A DNA stretch of 64,000 nucleotides from Nitrospirota bacterium (GCA_021790195.1 JAJYIF010000017.1:1798-65797); one strand, 5' to 3'. Shown: positions 9,227-19,236, numbered from the stretch's first letter. The notes: a model not told the origin generated them from the sequence alone. A program made the numbers and translations.

Positions 9227-12200
9227 ATGACAGAGCAAAGGATGATAGCGAAAATCGTCCCGCCCCGCCCTCTTAAGGTACTTCACCGCCAACGCCTCTT
9301 CGGACTGCTGGATAAGGGACGCTCCTCAGAGGTCATCTGGATAAGCGGTCCGGCGGGTTCCGGAAAGACCACGCTCGCCTCAAGCTATCTTGCGGCTAAA
9401 GACATTCCATGTCTCTGGTATCATCTGGACGAGCGAGACAGCGACCTTGCCACCTTCTTCTACTATATGGGTTTGGCTGCGAAGAGGGCCGCGCCGCGCT
9501 ATAAGAAACCCTTGCCCCTTCTGACAGGCGAATACCTGCTGGGCGTGCCCGCCTTCTCCAGGAGGTATTTCGAAAACCTCTGCCTGCGTCTGAGACCGCC
9601 TTTTGTTATCGTCCTCGACAATTATCACCGCATTGCTCACGACTCCCTCCTGCATGCTGCGATAGTCGACGCCTTGTCTGTCATTCCCGACGGCTTCACC
9701 GTCATCGTAAACAGCCGAAGCCGTCCCCCGGAAAGCCTGGCGGCCCTCGTTGCCTATAACAGAATCCACTATATCGACTGGGACGATCTCAAATTCGACA
9801 TGGACGAAACGAGGGCCCTTATTGGACCTGAGGGCGCAGGTCCTGCTCTGAAGAGAACTGCGGAGCGGCTCCACCGCGTTACCGGGGGATGGGCTGCGGG
9901 TCTCGTGCTTCTGACTAACCGCATGAAGTCTGCAAGCGCGTCACCCGATGAGTCCGGACACTTCGGACCCGAAGAGTTGTTCGACTATTTCAGGACCGAG
10001 CTCTTCGAAAAGACGGATCAGGAAACGCAATCGTTCTTGCTCAAGACTTCCTTCCTCCCCAGCATGACGCCCCAGATAGCCGCTAGGCTTAGCGCAAATG
10101 AAAAGTCGGGTACTATACTTGCCTCTCTCGCCCGCAACCACCTCTTTACTGAGCGCCTCTCTGTCTCTGATCCCAGGTATCAGTATCATCCCCTCTTCAG
10201 GGACTTTCTTCAGTCGATGGCGAGGCAAAGCTATTCCGCTGAAGAACTGGCAGATATCATGCGCTCTGCCGCGGACCTGCTCGAAGGGATAGGGCAGATC
10301 GAAGAGGCCGCCTCACTATGGCGCATATCCCAACAATGGCACAGGCTTGTCGGTCTGACACTCGCGAATGCCGGGCCGATGATAGCGCAGGGCAGAAGTC
10401 GTCCTGTCGAGGAGTGGCTGAAGGCACTGCCTAAAGAAATACTGGAGAGCGATCCGTGGCTCCTCTACTGGATGGGCGTCTGCAGAATGCCCTTCAATCT
10501 CCCGGAGGGACGCAAGTATTTTGAGGCGTCATTATCGTTTTTCAGGCAACGATGCAATCCGGCAGGAGTCTATCTCGCCTGGTCTGGAGGAGTGGAGGCC
10601 GTCTTCCTGGAGATGGCCGGAATCAAGACACTGGAATCCTGGCTCTCTCTCTTTGATGAACTCGTGAAGAAACATGGCCCGCCGCCTGCCGGCGTTGAGG
10701 CGCAGGTTGCTATCCGCATCTTTGCCGCCCTGCCATGGCGACATGACAATAAGACCTTTCTCATGTGGAAAGAAAAGGTCCTTGGACTTATGGACAGCGC
10801 CGAGGATGCCGGACTGAGGATGCTGGCCGGTTTTTATCTTTGCCTCTATCACATCTGGTGGGTAGGAGATTACGTAACCGGCAGGCAAACTCTCGAAGTC
10901 ATAAGGCGTATAGCAAGGTCACATAATGATCTGCCGCCTCTGGCGCGCACGATGCAGAAATCCGCCGACGCCATATTCTCCCTGCTTACGGGCGACCATG
11001 AAGACTGCATGGCAAAAGTGGAAGAGGGCCTTGCCATATCGAACGAAAGCGGTGTGCATATATGGGACAATATACTCCTCATGACGGGGGCCGGCACATG
11101 CCTGTGCTTCCGCGATACATCCAGGGCGGCACAGTATCTCGATAAGATGGCCCCTTCGGTGGAGGCGGCCCGCCTTTTCGACAGATTTTATTTTCATCAT
11201 AAGTCGGCCTGGCGATACCTAGTGGCGAACAACATACCCGATGCCGTTGCCCATGAACAAAAGGCCCTCGACCTGGCGGTCAAAACAGGCTTCGAGATAG
11301 CCGAGGCCCAGGCTCATTTTATCATGACGCATCTTATGCGTAGGGAAGGCAGGAGAGTCAGGGCAGCGGAGCACGTACAATCCTGCCGAAATGTAGGGCA
11401 GAGGATAGGAAGCCCCATTGTGGAGTTCATGTCGCTTTTGTCGCTTGCCACCCTTGCCTTGGATGACAATAAGGAAAAAGACGGCCTCTCGTACCTTGGA
11501 GAAGCGATGACTCTGGGCAGGTCTAAGGGTTTTGTTTTTTTCTGCGGCTGGATCGCTTCCGTAATGTCTCCGCTATGCGTCAAAGCGCTCGAAGCCGGGA
11601 TTGAAACCGAATATGCTGCAGATTTGATCAGGAGATGCAGGCTGGTCCCAGACGAACTCCCCATCCATGTTGAGAATTGGCCATGGGCGGTGAAGATCTA
11701 CACTCTCGGCCGCTTCGATGTGATAATAGGCGGCAAGCCCCTGCGGTTTGACCGCAAGGTGCAGAAGAAGCCCCTTGAAATGCTTAAGGTGCTCGTGGCC
11801 CTCGGCGGACAAGATGTCGGCGAGCAGAGATTCATTGACGCTCTCTGGCCTGACGCCGACGGCGATGCTTCATACACCACTTTCAAGTCCACATTACACA
11901 GACTGCGCAGATTGCTCGGCGGAGAGGAATACATTCAACTTCAGGAAGGGAGGGTGACTTTAAACCCCCGGTATTGCTGGGTCGATTCCTCGGCTTTCGA
12001 GCAGTTGATAAAGAATGCCGGTGGCGGGGCGCCAGTGGACGCATCAGGGAGCCGAGATTATCACCGACAATATTCACGGACAGGCTCAGATAGAGTTTCT
12101 CTCGAGCGGGCTGTGGCATTATATCAGGGCCACTTCCTTGGTCATGAAGAAGATGCGCCATGGGCAGGCCCGTTCAGGGACCGCTTGCGGCGTAAATATG

Positions 12201-12517
12201 CTCAGGCCGTCCGCTCGCTATGTGGGTCCTGGCTTGCACAATGCGAGAGAGGTCTTAATGCCGCCGAAGGGAAGGTTTCGGAGACCGCTGTCAATAAGGC
12301 GGCTGAATGTCTTGAGCGCGCTATCGAAATAGACGACCTGGTTGAAGAGTTTTATCATGACCTTATGCTTTGTCGTCAAAAGCTCGGGGATAAGGCTGAA
12401 GCCGTAAAGGTTTACAAACGGTGCTGCGACAGGCTGTCTGCCGGCCTTGGGGTTGAACCATCCGAAAAGACACGCCTTCTATACAATAAGCTCACAGGAA
12501 GTTTGCCCAATTCATAG
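9227..12517 (+). CDS. Large STAND-type regulator: MalT-like N-terminal ATPase, helical/TPR-like middle, C-terminal SARP winged-helix plus BTAD domain
   Basis: 1096 aa. MalT-like N-terminus (KIVPPRPLKVLHRQRLFGLL...ISGPAGSGKTTL Walker A; FVIVLDNYH Walker B). C-terminus KIYTLGRFDVIIGGKPLRFDRKVQKKPLEMLKVLVALGGQDV...LWPD (OmpR/SARP-type DNA-binding), followed by a BTAD-like helical repeat (ALYQGHFL...EEFYHDLMLCRQKLGDKAEAVKVYKRCCDRLSAGLGVEPSEKT). Confidence 0.75.
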   Translation: MTEQRMIAKIVPPRPLKVLHRQRLFGLLDKGRSSEVIWISGPAGSGKTTLASSYLAAKDIPCLWYHLDERDSDLATFFYYMGLAAKRAAPRYKKPLPLLTGEYLLGVPAFSRRYFENLCLRLRPPFVIVLDNYHRIAHDSLLHAAIVDALSVIPDGFTVIVNSRSRPPESLAALVAYNRIHYIDWDDLKFDMDETRALIGPEGAGPALKRTAERLHRVTGGWAAGLVLLTNRMKSASASPDESGHFGPEELFDYFRTELFEKTDQETQSFLLKTSFLPSMTPQIAARLSANEKSGTILASLARNHLFTERLSVSDPRYQYHPLFRDFLQSMARQSYSAEELADIMRSAADLLEGIGQIEEAASLWRISQQWHRLVGLTLANAGPMIAQGRSRPVEEWLKALPKEILESDPWLLYWMGVCRMPFNLPEGRKYFEASLSFFRQRCNPAGVYLAWSGGVEAVFLEMAGIKTLESWLSLFDELVKKHGPPPAGVEAQVAIRIFAALPWRHDNKTFLMWKEKVLGLMDSAEDAGLRMLAGFYLCLYHIWWVGDYVTGRQTLEVIRRIARSHNDLPPLARTMQKSADAIFSLLTGDHEDCMAKVEEGLAISNESGVHIWDNILLMTGAGTCLCFRDTSRAAQYLDKMAPSVEAARLFDRFYFHHKSAWRYLVANNIPDAVAHEQKALDLAVKTGFEIAEAQAHFIMTHLMRREGRRVRAAEHVQSCRNVGQRIGSPIVEFMSLLSLATLALDDNKEKDGLSYLGEAMTLGRSKGFVFFCGWIASVMSPLCVKALEAGIETEYAADLIRRCRLVPDELPIHVENWPWAVKIYTLGRFDVIIGGKPLRFDRKVQKKPLEMLKVLVALGGQDVGEQRFIDALWPDADGDASYTTFKSTLHRLRRLLGGEEYIQLQEGRVTLNPRYCWVDSSAFEQLIKNAGGGAPVDASGSRDYHRQYSRTGSDRVSLERAVALYQGHFLGHEEDAPWAGPFRDRLRRKYAQAVRSLCGSWLAQCERGLNAAEGKVSETAVNKAAECLERAIEIDDLVEEFYHDLMLCRQKLGDKAEAVKVYKRCCDRLSAGLGVEPSEKTRLLYNKLTGSLPNS

Positions 12518-12711
12518 AGCAAAATCCTAAGAGGCCGAATAACCGCGGATCTTCGCGTGAAACCTCCGGGAAAGGCCCCGCCAGTGCAGACCGCCTTCCG
12601 TCTCTGCGTTTGATTCCTCAAAAGTATCCGATCTGCAACCTCCCTCATGATAATCTGTGATCAAGGAAGAAAAGGGAACGGTACAACTAACGAAGGACAA
12701 GGGAGGAGAAA

Positions 12712-13119
12712 ATGTATAAGGACACAAAGATTCGTTTGGGCTGGCTCAAGTTTATGTACTTCTACACTATCGTCGGGGCCGGAGGGTTCGGCCTCGGGAT
12801 GATATTTGTCCCTGGGGTCATACTGCCGGCCTTCCGGTTTCCTGCTCAGGACCCCGTTGTTCTCGGGATCGTGGGAAGCAGTTATGTCGCCTTCGGGCTT
12901 GCATCAGTATTGGGACTGCGCGCGCCCCTGAAATTCGCGCCGCTTCTGCTGCTGCAACTTACTTACAAGATAATTTGGTCAATTGTTGTTGCAATACCGC
13001 TTCTCCTGTCAAAGGGGCTGCCGGTACATGCCATTTTGCTTCTCGTCATCTTTTCCACCTATATCATCGGCGACCTCATCGCGGTCCCTTTTTCCTATGT
13101 CTTCTCGAGACACGAATGA
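12712..13119 (+). CDS. Small integral membrane protein, 4 predicted TM helices, unknown function
   Basis: 135 aa, strongly hydrophobic. GGGAGGAG RBS 5 nt upstream of the ATG. 17 nt before the next gene. Confidence 0.55.
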   Translation: MYKDTKIRLGWLKFMYFYTIVGAGGFGLGMIFVPGVILPAFRFPAQDPVVLGIVGSSYVAFGLASVLGLRAPLKFAPLLLLQLTYKIIWSIVVAIPLLLSKGLPVHAILLLVIFSTYIIGDLIAVPFSYVFSRHE

Positions 13120-13136
13120 CCTGAAAGGAGGAAGAT

Positions 13137-13997
13137 ATGAAAAAGGTGCTCATTGTCTATTTCTCCCAGGGGAAGACAAACATGCGGGTGGCGGAGGCGA
13201 TAAGCAAGGGGCTCATCGAAGCAGGCCACGAAATTAAGATATGGAACCTCATGGACGGGCGGCCACCCGATCCCCGCGAATATGACCTCTTCGGCATCGG
13301 GTCCCCGACGTATTATTTCCAGTTGCCCTTCATTGTGACCGACTATGTCAACGGCCTGCCGGACCTTTCCGGACTTCCCGCCTTTGTATTCGTGGTGAAC
13401 GGCAGCCACCGGGGCAACACCGGCAATAGCCTACGTCATGCCCTTAGCTTGAAGAATGCGCGCGAGTTGGGCTATTTCCATTGTCACGGAGCGTCATATT
13501 TCCTCGGTTACTTAAAAGTGGGATACCTGTTTTCCGCAGACCACCCCTCAACAGACGATTTGACACGTGCCGCAGAATTCGGGCGCGAAGTCGCCGCCCA
13601 CCTTGCCGGAGAGCGGTATGTAAAGCCCGGGGACGATCCCCCCGGAGCTCTGCTCTATCGCGTAGAGAGACTTGCCTTTAGCCGTTGTCTGGTGAAACAC
13701 GTCTATAGCAGGCTATTCAGGACAAATGCAAGATGCCGTCCTGATTGCGACCTCTGCATCAAGCAATGCCCTGCAAAGAACATCACCAGGGGGGAGGACG
13801 GACGACTGTTGAGGGGCAGGGACTGTCTGCTATGCCTGAGCTGCGAGAAGAACTGCCCGGAGGATGCCATTACCTCTTTGGTGGCCGGGCCTATTCTAAG
13901 GCCGGTAATGCTTCTGAATACGTTTCTCGGTTCCCGGGACCCCTCGCTGGATTATGCGAGAGTGATACACAAGAATGGGCAGACACAGAGATTATAA
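13137..13997 (+). CDS. Flavodoxin-like domain fused to a 2x[4Fe-4S] ferredoxin domain
   Basis: 286 aa. N-terminal MKKVLIVYFSQGKTN (flavodoxin-type FMN loop). C-terminal Cys clusters CRPDCDLCIKQCP and CLLCLSCEKNCP. Confidence 0.65.
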   Translation: MKKVLIVYFSQGKTNMRVAEAISKGLIEAGHEIKIWNLMDGRPPDPREYDLFGIGSPTYYFQLPFIVTDYVNGLPDLSGLPAFVFVVNGSHRGNTGNSLRHALSLKNARELGYFHCHGASYFLGYLKVGYLFSADHPSTDDLTRAAEFGREVAAHLAGERYVKPGDDPPGALLYRVERLAFSRCLVKHVYSRLFRTNARCRPDCDLCIKQCPAKNITRGEDGRLLRGRDCLLCLSCEKNCPEDAITSLVAGPILRPVMLLNTFLGSRDPSLDYARVIHKNGQTQRL

Positions 13998-14065
13998 TAT
14001 GTATTTCTTTCAGAACAGATAGAACCTGTTCTGAGATAGGTCATAGTCTGTTGTTCACGTCAGGT

Positions 14066-15175
14066 TCAGACGTTGAATCTGAAATTTATGATGTCCCCGT
14101 CCCTGACGGTGTATGTCTTCCCCTCGAGTCTCAAAAGGCCCTTCTCACGCGCGGAGTGCATGCCGCCCGAGGACATAAAGTCATCGTAGCCCACCACCTC
14201 GGCGCGTATGAATCCCCTCTCTATGTCGGAATGCACTTTGCCGGCTGCCTTCTGCGCGTTCGTGCCCCTCGCAATCGTCCATGCCCTGACTTCGTCCTCC
14301 CCCGCCGTAAGAAACGACATGAGACCCAAAAGGTCATAACTCACATGTATCAGCCTGTTGAGAGCAGGCTCTTTTATCCCAAGGTCGTCGAGAAACGCCT
14401 TGGCCTCTTCAGTAGACAGCTGGGCGATCTCCATCTCGATCTTTCCGCAGAGCGAGAGCACAGAACTGTGCACGGCGACCGAAGGGTCCGTGCGTTTGCC
14501 GGCGAAAAAGGAGGTGACGGATTCCTCAATGCTTCCTGCCTTTTCCGAATTCAGGTCGCCCTCCCCTATGTTAAGGACAACCACCTCCGGCTTTGTCGAA
14601 ATAAACTGGAGCGGCCTCATGGCCTTTTCCTCCTCCTCTGTGAAGGCCACGTTCCTCAGAGGGACTTCCTTTTCGAGGGCCTCTTTGCACTTAAGCAGAA
14701 GGTTCCTCTCTTTCTCGTCCGGCTTCTTGCCCTTCCTCTGGCTCTCCTCCATGCGGGCAAGCCTCTTTTCGACAAACTCCAGGTCTCCGAAAACAAGTTC
14801 GAGTTCAAGAGTCTCCACGTCCCTGAGCGGATCGATACTGTTAAGTGGGTGAGAGACGGCCTCGTCTTGAAAGGCTCGCACTACATGGACGATGGCGTCC
14901 GCGTCCTTTATAAGATCGAAGACCTTCCTGTTCTGCTCAACGTCTCCCTTCGTCAATCCTATGTAATCTACGTACTCCACAGAGGCATACGTGATCTTCT
15001 TGGGTCTGTAGATTTCTGATAATTTGTCTATCCTTGCATCGGGGACCTTTACGACGCCGAAATGCGGCTCTCCGCTTACCGTGGGATAAATCGTGGTCTC
15101 GAGGTTCTGCCGCGACAGTGCATTGAAGACAGTTGTCTTGCCCGAGTTGGAAAGTCCTATAATCGCCAATTTCAT
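14066..15175 (-). CDS. ychF: Ribosome-binding ATPase YchF
   Basis: 369 aa. P-loop IIGLSNSGKTT, and C-terminal TGS-like GFIRAEVV...DGDIINFRFNV. Confidence 0.9.
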   Translation of the reverse strand: MKLAIIGLSNSGKTTVFNALSRQNLETTIYPTVSGEPHFGVVKVPDARIDKLSEIYRPKKITYASVEYVDYIGLTKGDVEQNRKVFDLIKDADAIVHVVRAFQDEAVSHPLNSIDPLRDVETLELELVFGDLEFVEKRLARMEESQRKGKKPDEKERNLLLKCKEALEKEVPLRNVAFTEEEEKAMRPLQFISTKPEVVVLNIGEGDLNSEKAGSIEESVTSFFAGKRTDPSVAVHSSVLSLCGKIEMEIAQLSTEEAKAFLDDLGIKEPALNRLIHVSYDLLGLMSFLTAGEDEVRAWTIARGTNAQKAAGKVHSDIERGFIRAEVVGYDDFMSSGGMHSAREKGLLRLEGKTYTVRDGDIINFRFNV

Positions 15176-15208
15176 CGGGAGTCTCCTTATAGTTCAAATC
15201 TCTTTAAA

Positions 15209-15357
15209 GGATGGGCGCGCCGAAAAAGTTTTACCGGCGATACCTTGGATCTCACCAAAACGTCTCTATCCCCGATGTAGCTTGCCGTCAAGATAAGGCA
15301 AACTATAACTCAACTATAATATCTATCGCTTGGTAAAACTTTTGAGGTGTGCCCGTC
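15209..15357. repeat. 149-nt element closed by a ~34-nt imperfect inverted repeat (structured RNA or MITE-like element)
   Basis: Left arm 15209-15242 (ggatgggcgcgccgaaaaagttttaccggcgata) pairs with right arm 15324-15357 (tatcgcttggtaaaacttttgaggtgtgcccgtc). There is a 12-bp perfect core aaaagttttacc/ggtaaaactttt, a 9-bp outer stem gggcgcgcc/ggtgtgccc and a 6-bp inner stem gcgata/tatcgc. Confidence 0.6.
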
Positions 15358-15403
15358 TTTCAGAGCTATTAACAACCAAATAGAACTCTCACTATAGAAA
15401 TGC

Positions 15404-15997
15404 CTACATCTGTCTTCTTCCCTCAAGGGCCTTGCTCAGCGTCACCTCATCCGCGAACTCTATGTCACTGCCCATGGGAAGACCATACGCTATCCTCGTT
15501 ACCCTGACAGGAAGTCCTTCTAGGCGCTCCCTTATATATCTGGCCGTCACTTCCCCCTTCGTATTGGGGTTCGTGGCTATTATCACTTCTTCGACCTTGC
15601 CTGCCTGTATCCTCCGGACCAGCTCATTGATCTTGAGCCTCTCGGGCGTAACACCGTCCATAGGGGAAAGCGAGCCAAGGAGGACGTGGTAGAGGCCGTT
15701 ATAAAACCGTGAACGCTCTATTACAAGGATATTGCTCGGCTCCTCGACCACACATATCTTTCTGTCGTCCCTCTGTTCGTCCCTGCAAATCTCGCACATC
15801 TCCGAATCGGTGATATTGAAACACTGGGAGCAAAATCTCGCCTTGTCCTTTACCTCGGTAATGGATTTCGCGATAGACTTCGCCTCGCCCTCCGGCATGT
15901 TCAAGATGAAAAAGGCGAGCCTTTGCGCCGTCTTTCTGCCTATCCCGGGGAGGCGTGTAAGATCGTTAACGAGATTTTCGATAATGCCGAGCGTCAT
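15404..15997 (-). CDS. recR: Recombination protein RecR
   Basis: 197 aa. HhH motif [15 protein letters not shown], a Cys4 zinc finger ([16 protein letters not shown]) and a Toprim region. Confidence 0.92.
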   Translation of the reverse strand: MTLGIIENLVNDLTRLPGIGRKTAQRLAFFILNMPEGEAKSIAKSITEVKDKARFCSQCFNITDSEMCEICRDEQRDDRKICVVEEPSNILVIERSRFYNGLYHVLLGSLSPMDGVTPERLKINELVRRIQAGKVEEVIIATNPNTKGEVTARYIRERLEGLPVRVTRIAYGLPMGSDIEFADEVTLSKALEGRRQM

Positions 15998-16332
15998 CCG
16001 AATATGTTTCCGAGACCGCCTATACCCGGTATTTGAAGCCCTCCCGTCAGCTTCGCCATCTCGTCGTTTACCATCTGGTGCGCCCTTCTCAGTGCCTCGT
16101 TGGCCGCTGCCAATATAAGGTCCTGCAACATCTCCACGTCTTCGGGGTTGACTACGTCCTTTTCTATCTTCAACGAGACTATCTCCCCACCTCCGTTCGC
16201 CACAACCGTTACCATGCCCCCCCCCGAGGTAGCCTCGACGGTCTTGGTTTTGGCCTCCGCCTGAAGCCGCTGCATCTCGGCCTGGAGCTTCTGGGCCTCT
16301 CTCATGATATCACCAAGCATCTTTTTAGACAT
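15994..16332 (-). CDS. ybaB: Nucleoid-associated protein YbaB/EbfC
   Basis: 112 aa. Typical [20 protein letters not shown]...GGGMVTV...G motif pattern. Overlaps recR and dnaX in the conserved dnaX-ybaB-recR order. Confidence 0.9.
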   Translation of the reverse strand: MSKKMLGDIMREAQKLQAEMQRLQAEAKTKTVEATSGGGMVTVVANGGGEIVSLKIEKDVVNPEDVEMLQDLILAAANEALRRAHQMVNDEMAKLTGGLQIPGIGGLGNIFG

Positions 16333-17980
16333 CTGTGCCTCCCTTTCTCGGATTCTCTATCGGTCTCACATCAACAATCCTTCCGTCAAACAACTCTATC
16401 GCGTCTTTTACAAGTGGCTCCGACAGTATCTTCTCCTTGAGCTCCCTCTTGCGCTGCACCTTCTTCCGGACGATATCTATCAAAAGAGACGTCTTCCTGC
16501 CGAGGACCTCGGCCGCGATCTTTTCCAGCAGCTCCTGACTGCCCTTCACCGAATCGGCGTGTATCGCAGAACCACCGTCGAACGTCACGACAATACTCTC
16601 CCCTTCTATGCGCATCCCGGCGTCGGCCAGCTTGCACGCAAGCAGATGATTGACGCCCTCCACCTTTGCAAGGAACCGTTCCCTGAATTCATCACTTCCA
16701 TCTATGGGCTGCCCGGGAGCTTCGACCACTTCCGGGGATACAGGCGTATTCTTGGAAACAGAGACAACCGGCGCTTCCGCCTGCTGTATTACACTCTCTT
16801 CGCCAATCTTCCGAGAGCTCCCGGATCCGCCGGGGCGTGTGCCGCAGCTCCCGGCCAAAGACTCGATATTTGCCAGCGCGTCTTTGACCGGCTTCAGCAT
16901 ACTTAGAAAACTGGCCTTAATAAGCGCCATCTCAAGTGCGACCCGGGGCGAAAAAGCGGTCCTCACGTCGGACTCTGCCTCGATCATCCCGGACAAAAGC
17001 AGGGTCAGATGGTCTTCCGTTGTCAGTTTGAGGATCTCCTTTATGACAGTGAGCTCGCTGTCGCTCGCATCGAGGATCCCCTGTTTGCTCACGACCTTTG
17101 CGACAAGAAGGTCCCTGAAGAACTGCATGAGGTCCCGCATAAATGATTTCAGGTCCGTGCCCCTGTCGATAAGCTCGCTTATGATCGTCAAGATCCTCTC
17201 CCTGTCACCCCTGATCACCGCCTCGGCGATCTCCGACAATGCCCTGAAATCCGCAATCCCCAGAAGGTCCTTGACCTCAAACTCCTTTATGTCCGGAGAA
17301 AAGGCGGACAACTGGTCCAGGATGGTGAGGGAATCTCTCATGCTTCCCTCGGACGCCCTGGCTATAAGTTCTATAGCCGAATCGGATATCCGTATTGCCT
17401 CGGAGTCCGCTATCATTTTCAAGCGGTCCTTGATCTTCTGGATCGGGATCCTCCTGAACGGCAGGTGCTGGCATCTCGAAAGAACTGTTGCCGGGACCTT
17501 GCCGGCCGCTGTCGTCGCCAAAACAAAGACTACGTGTGAAGGGGGCTCCTCCAGGGTCTTCAGCAGGGCATTGAAGGCAGCCCCGGAAAGCATATGAGCC
17601 TCATCAATAATATAGACTTTATACCGGCCGCCGGCGGGCGCGTATTTCACGCGCTCCCTGAGATCCCTGATGTCATCGACGCTGTTATTTGAAGCCCCGT
17701 CGATCTCCATAACATCGACGGACGAGCCGTCTGCAATCCCCGCGCACGAAGCACAGACTCCGCAAGGCGAAACAGTAGGTCCTTTCGCGCAGTTTATCGC
17801 CTTTGCCAATATCCTCGCCGTCGTTGTCTTTCCCACACCCCTAGGACCGGAAAAGAGATAGGCGTGGGCAATCCTTGACTGGGAAATGGCATTGACGAGA
17901 ATACGGCTTATGGCCTCCTGACCAACGAGATCATCGAAGCCGGCCGGTCTCCATTTTCTTGCCAGTACGAGGTAGCTCAT
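16325..17980 (-). CDS. dnaX: DNA polymerase III subunit gamma/tau
   Basis: 551 aa. N-terminal [18 protein letters not shown]-loop GPRGVGKTT, Zn module CGVCASC, and Walker [10 protein letters not shown]. Confidence 0.92.
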   Translation of the reverse strand: MSYLVLARKWRPAGFDDLVGQEAISRILVNAISQSRIAHAYLFSGPRGVGKTTTARILAKAINCAKGPTVSPCGVCASCAGIADGSSVDVMEIDGASNNSVDDIRDLRERVKYAPAGGRYKVYIIDEAHMLSGAAFNALLKTLEEPPSHVVFVLATTAAGKVPATVLSRCQHLPFRRIPIQKIKDRLKMIADSEAIRISDSAIELIARASEGSMRDSLTILDQLSAFSPDIKEFEVKDLLGIADFRALSEIAEAVIRGDRERILTIISELIDRGTDLKSFMRDLMQFFRDLLVAKVVSKQGILDASDSELTVIKEILKLTTEDHLTLLLSGMIEAESDVRTAFSPRVALEMALIKASFLSMLKPVKDALANIESLAGSCGTRPGGSGSSRKIGEESVIQQAEAPVVSVSKNTPVSPEVVEAPGQPIDGSDEFRERFLAKVEGVNHLLACKLADAGMRIEGESIVVTFDGGSAIHADSVKGSQELLEKIAAEVLGRKTSLLIDIVRKKVQRKRELKEKILSEPLVKDAIELFDGRIVDVRPIENPRKGGTDV

Positions 17981-18076
17981 ATTTCTATATGTGACAAGTG
18001 ATGAATGACAGATAACAGGTTTTCGAAATAATTCTTATCTTTCAATCTCGTTACTAAATAGCTTATGACTTTCTTT

Positions 18077-18195
18077 CTGCAACCAGGGAACAACTTGCTG
18101 CGGCACACAAAAGAAATGCTTACCGTTGCTTCCTTCCGGACCTGGCGGGGTTGGCACCCATCTGTTGCGCAGGGCCGTTCCCCGGCTGCAGAAAA
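18077..18195 (-). ncRNA. ffs: Signal recognition particle RNA (4.5S-like core; possible extra 5' hairpin up to ~18246)
   Basis: The minus strand contains the universal domain IV motif CCAGGUCCGGAAGGAAGCAAC (plus strand gttgcttccttccggacctgg at ~18125-18145). The closing helix is cugcagccgggGAAC / GUUcccugguugcag (18191-18177 with 18091-18077). Core length is ~115 nt. It sits immediately upstream of dnaX, the usual position. A further hairpin ccucgaac...guucgagg lies at 18197-18240. Confidence 0.8.
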
Positions 18196-18380
18196 CCCTC
18201 GAACAATGCCGCTAAGTTCAGCCCTGCAGACAGTTCGAGGCCGAAGAATATATTAGCATATCTTCTCATAGTTTTTCCGTCACCTGAACCGGCTTGATTA
18301 GACACCCGGAAGATATTTTTTAGACTTCATCCAATAGTTCTCGGCAACCATAAGCGTAAAATTAAATGCGCTACTTTCTT

Positions 18381-19115
18381 CTATGTGTGTCTAAGATTAA
18401 TAATTTTCCTGAACAGGTAATTAGGGTTCTTCATTACTAATTTATAGTTTCGGTTGCGTTCTATCTCCTTCATAAGTCTTGTCAAACCGAAATAATCCAT
18501 ATCGGATGAGTCATCAAATAGCACGTACCCGCCTGGTTCTATATACCGGTCTACGTTTTCGAAGTCCCTCTTGGCAAACTCATACGTGTGATTGCCATCT
18601 ATATAACAAAAACTGATCTTTCCCCCCAATGTAATATTCCTGCCAAAGATGTCATGTGTTGTTTCACCTTTTTCCCATAAGATAAAAAATTCATCGGATG
18701 TGCTTTCTATAGTGTAAGGTTTGTTATCTGGAGAAAAGAACTCCACATTCCTCACAAAAGCCGCCTTAACAAATTCACGGTATTTGGCGTGCGAGATTTG
18801 GCTGCTGCCAAGATTACCCCCCTTTTCAGCTCCTTCAAAAAGCCATTTGTCACAACTGATAATTCTGTTAGTTTTTCCGCGAGATGACAGCAAATAACTG
18901 ATCACATTGATAGAGAGACCACACAAGCTGCCGATTTCAAGCACAGGGGATGCTGACGGAAGATTTTCTATGGCAAGACTCATAGAGTAAATGTTTCCGC
19001 TGTTCAACATACCTGCATTGGCACGGGTAAGCCATTTTATGTACTCGTCGGATATATATTTAGTGTTCATGTATTGTAAGCCAGCATGGAACAATCTCTT
19101 AAGCCTTGGAATCAT
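18381..19115 (-). CDS. Class I SAM-dependent methyltransferase (Methyltransf_24-like)
   Basis: 244 aa. Motif I-like VLEIGSLCGLS, plus later CYIDGNHTYE and GGYVLFDD. The gene is visibly AT-richer than its surroundings. Confidence 0.6.
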   Translation of the reverse strand: MIPRLKRLFHAGLQYMNTKYISDEYIKWLTRANAGMLNSGNIYSMSLAIENLPSASPVLEIGSLCGLSINVISYLLSSRGKTNRIISCDKWLFEGAEKGGNLGSSQISHAKYREFVKAAFVRNVEFFSPDNKPYTIESTSDEFFILWEKGETTHDIFGRNITLGGKISFCYIDGNHTYEFAKRDFENVDRYIEPGGYVLFDDSSDMDYFGLTRLMKEIERNRNYKLVMKNPNYLFRKIINLRHT

Positions 19116-19172
19116 TTTTATCTCCCGTTCTGTTAACCAAACACTTGCCTTAAATCATATTCCCCATAAGTC

Positions 19173-19206
19173 CTGATTCCCCCCTCGCTTCGCTCGGCGG
19201 GAATGC
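19173..19206. repeat. Degenerate copy of the GATTCC...GGAATG hairpin repeat family
   Basis: ctgattcccccctcgcttcgctcggcgggaatgc has stem attccc/gggaat and the same ctgGATTCC...GGAATGc frame as the repeats at 45568, 45895 and 53218. Confidence 0.45.
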
Positions 19207-19236
19207 GGCGCTGAGCAGTGGTGCCGCATTAGTCGC

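Noticed and set aside
12550-12625. Possible cobalamin riboswitch upstream of the small membrane protein gene, based on the fragments GUGAAACCUCC, GGGAAAGGC and GCCAGUG.
   Set aside because: The elements are in the wrong order relative to the B12 riboswitch core. I could not find a convincing B12 box. The downstream genes are not typical B12-regulated genes.
13745-15019. 424-aa ORF on the plus strand, one of the longest in the track.
   Set aside because: It is entirely antisense to the unmistakable ychF gene. It is Arg/Leu/Pro-rich with no motif. This is a typical shadow ORF.
15176-15403. 6S RNA or another known housekeeping ncRNA in the ychF-recR spacer.
   Set aside because: The inverted repeat closes a largely unpaired ~80-nt interior rather than the continuous rod with a central bubble expected for 6S RNA. 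It is kept only as an unclassified structured element.
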